From Azolla caroliniana (Eukaryota; Plantae; Polypodiophyta), in contig JBHGNT010000004.1 of the NCBI GenBank assembly GCA_043228905.1, forward strand, positions 20,646,001 through 20,710,000: a stretch of 64,000 nucleotides of DNA. Direction: 5' to 3'. Below are positions 60,601 to 64,000 of the stretch, one piece after another. A program made the position numbers and the translations under genes. The notes beneath the pieces are model-generated. The model ran no database searches, was not told the DNA's origin, and worked only from the letters and a program-made list of their open reading frames with translations. Positions within the stretch are counted from its first letter, which is position 1. The number at the start of each line of letters is the position of its first letter.

Positions 60601-61958
60601 CCAAAGCGAGAGACCCTTCTTCATATCCGAGCTCTTCTCACCGATAAAAAATTCGTCTCCTCCTTCCATTCATCGTCACCTTCCCGATTCATTAAAGGTT
60701 GGTATATTCTTCACTCACCCTATATACTACCTCAATGCATTGATCAGCTCGTTGTTCCCGCCTCATGTGTATCTTGAAACGTTGATGGAATCAACAGAAA
60801 TATTTGCTCTTGCTTCTTTTTTATGGAGATTGATCACCATGATGGATGTATGCGTAATGTCTAGTGAGATTTATAAACCGATGAGATCACCTACTTACAT
60901 TTAAGGATTTTGCTAACGAAACCTTCATAAATAAGCTTTTTAACAGCCTTGTTTTATTCATGGTCACCTACCTCTACTCAATTTCTTAAGGTAGATTGTT
61001 TGCATTGATTAGTTTATTTGCACTAGCTACTTGTACTGGTGGCCTTCATGTCTCTTATGTGAGAAATAAATGCCACAGTCATACACTTATTTGGTTGGAT
61101 TAAAAGAAATACTCACTTTGCCACATCAACCACTCCAAGTGACTTCTACTCCTTTCAAGTGCTTTCTCAAATTAAACAATTCTTGAGGTTTACAATCATT
61201 TTGAATTAATTCCAAGATAGTTTTGCACACAGATTAAATGAACCTTTGATGCAATCCAATCATGTACAAACAACATTTCCACATCATAATGGTAGAACTT
61301 CTAGTTCTGACTTTAAATACAATCATGTAACCTATATCCTTGTTCTAATCTGTATCAGCTTTCCTTGCATCAAGATTGGTAACAAGTTTTTCTTTGCAAG
61401 TTAATTGTTCAAATCCACCACTTCCACACTCACAATAGTTTAGCAAAACTTCTCATTCTTGAACTTGTCAAGTGTAATAGAAACATGATGCCATGCGTTT
61501 ACATCACAATCAAACTATGTACAAACATATACTCCAGGACCATGCACACCATATAACCATGCCATATTTGTGTCCAGACTACCCACAAGCACACACACAC
61601 GTGTGAGTGAGAGAAAGAGAGACATGAAATTTATTATTGTGATTTGCAAAGGTCAGCAAATCACATGAGAGACCAGGGTTTAACATTTCATCTTTTACAA
61701 ATGATACAAGTGTTTGTGACCAATATATAGGGGAAGAAACTCATATACTTGGGAAGACTGTAACATGGGAGGAAAGAAGAACCGATGGACGGGCCAAAGA
61801 CCAGAGGATATATGGGAAAAATACAGTGTATAACATCGTGGAATAATAATTTTACACTGCCATCACACAAATTTCACTCCAACTGATGAAAAATACCAAG
61901 CCTCTTTGATGACATAACTATATAAACTCTCTTCATTTTCACAAAGGCATCAATTAGT

Positions 61959-64000
61959 TTACACTAAAGTCGTTCTAGGTGTGACACAAAGTAGCTGCTG
62001 AGAATTACTTTGATCTAATGGATACAATGTTACGCCGCCTAGGGACTGGTAGTGCTCTCTGGTAGATTTCCTTTTCGGCACTTTCCTCGCTGTATTGTCT
62101 CGCACTGCCCACATTGCACATGAACTCAATGGACCCCCATTAGGAAAAGCTTTCCTGTATTTTTCACACAATTGTGGAAAACCCTTTACTTAGCATGGAA
62201 CATCCTTTATTCAGCACACAATTTAACAAAAGCTTTTCTTTAGACAAATTTCCAAGAAATTAAGGATTTTCTTTAACCCACGATCTGGAATGAACGAGCA
62301 TCTTTCTAAAACACAAATGAGTTCCTTGAGGGAACATTACAAAAAACGTTCACATACAAACCATTCCGAGAAATCTAAGTACTTTAGAAACAAGTCTAGG
62401 AAATTAAGGAGCATCCTTTTTGACACACAGCTTTCATTTAGACACAATTACCAGAAATAAAGGAGTATCCTCTTTCTTTGACACAATTTTGGAAGAGCTT
62501 TTTCCTTTGGGATTAATTCCAGGAAATCACAGACCATTTTATTTAGCACAAAATTTGGTAGAGGAAACATACCCTTCAAGCTTCTTTGCAGCCAATCTGG
62601 CATTGTATAGGGTCTCCTTGTCAGGCACATTGACAACCGTGTGTTTACTTGCCTCCCGCATTGGAGAGTGAATAGTGATAAACTGAAAATACAAAGAAAG
62701 ATGTCAGAAATTTCACATGCATTCTATGGAAGTTGTTGTAAGCATTCACATAACAATAATATTAGGAGTATGTTGAAGGGCTAGAGTATGCCCATTAGCT
62801 ATTGAGAAGTGATATTAAGAGGGTACCTCACTAAAACAAGCCTAGATAGCTATGATTTGGAGCTACACAAATACAAACATGCATGCATGCATCCACACAT
62901 ATTCATGCATATACACATACATACATACGAACATATACAAAATCACACCGTCAATCTGAAGGCAAAGTGATGATCGCTTGATCTTAATCTCCTCCTCCAT
63001 CACATGCATACATGTATGCATATATACATCCGTATGTGCAAGATGCCACACATGCACGCATACATATGTCCATACATGCATCCATGCATGTACATGAACC
63101 TAAATATCTCCCTCCTTGCAGGCTCCAGTGCATGCATGCATATAAATATACATACACACACAAATGTATATTTTTACTAGATTCTCTATTCAACTGGAAC
63201 GAAAGGCACAGGCATTACTATGTAAGAGTCTAGCCTTCTCGGTGGCGAGTAATTAATGATTTCTTTTGGTAAAACATGTTTGTTAGGTCAATTATGTAAT
63301 CAAGAGTGTGACCCTGGTATATGAACTTACTCCTAAACACTCCATCATCTGGTAGTATGCCCTCCCTTGAAGTGGTGTATGACCACCCCTGGATTCTGAG
63401 AAGTATCTTGTCCTGGAATCAATTTAAGTCACAACAATCATCTTGTTGTCGATTGTACAGATAATGGAAACATGTAAGAGAATAAGACTAGCACTGTTAT
63501 TGATTATGACAGCTCACCACTCCTTGTAGCCTGGGTCTACCGTAAAGCCATATATGTCAACTGTTTCACATAATGAAAGAGCGAATTCAACAGCCTTCAA
63601 ACCAGTGCCCTTAGCAGCAGATCCAAGTGATGACCCAAGCATTAGGTAGACCGGGTTCTCTATAGGAACTTCCTGCTCTTACATGATCCTCCAAAATCAT
63701 CAAATGCTTAAGGAGCAAATCATTATTAATAACTAAGCTTCCACCTTCAAATCATTGACTAAAGGATCGGCATTTAATTATTTGTAAACCTCTGATCAAA
63801 CAGTTATTTACAAGGGGGTGGTAGTGCTTACTTTAATCATTTTGTTCATGATGTCATGAATTGTGGTTTTGATAATCAAAATCTCCTTTCCAGTACCTAG
63901 CAAGCACATTAACTATCATAAAAGCTAAGATTTTTCAAACTCGGATTTATCAACAATCATTTTAGTTCATCAATTTACAGTTCTTTACCATCCAGTTCTG
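61959..64000 (-). CDS. GT29 sialyltransferase-like protein (SIA1/MGP2-SIA2 family), 3' part; the 5' end lies beyond the window
   Basis: Minus exons: ~63896-63832 ([20 protein letters not shown]), ~63672-63517 ([52 protein letters not shown]), ~63412-63331 ([27 protein letters not shown]), ~62682-62573 (ITIHSPMR) and ~62155-61959 (GPLSSCAMW...REHY...GGVTLY...LLCV, then TAA). Confidence 0.88.
62865..63165. repeat. (CATA)n/(CATG)n/(CA)n-rich microsatellite tract in an intron
   Basis: Directly visible. Confidence 0.8.

Overview
Eukaryotic nuclear DNA from a land plant. A seed-free plant such as a fern is the most likely source; this is inferred from the PPR architecture and the retroelement types, not proven. 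The left third (1 to ~23.1 kb) is a nest of retroelements. It contains a Ty3/gypsy-related family with TGTCG...CGACA LTRs, including an intact, recent, pol-less 4.7-kb copy with a tRNA-Trp primer site and a 987-codon unknown ORF. It also holds two decayed Ty1/copia elements, solo LTRs, an L1 fragment and a ~3.9-kb array built from tRNA-His(GUG)-derived units, some carrying mature-tRNA ends (G-1, CCA). The right two-thirds are gene-dense: a CCCH zinc-finger gene with a PNUTS-like KSVTW motif, a single-exon PLS-E PPR gene, CHMP7 (with an RTEX-like LINE in intron 1), an AT5G58100-like membrane protein, proteasome ATPase RPT4 and the 3' part of a GT29 sialyltransferase-like gene. The three strongest unexplained signals are the tRNA-His array, the CpG-centred 4-bp target sites at every visible junction of the TGTCG...CGACA family, and the long repeat-rich ORF that replaces pol in the non-autonomous members. 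All coordinates and identities were read by eye; no searches were run.
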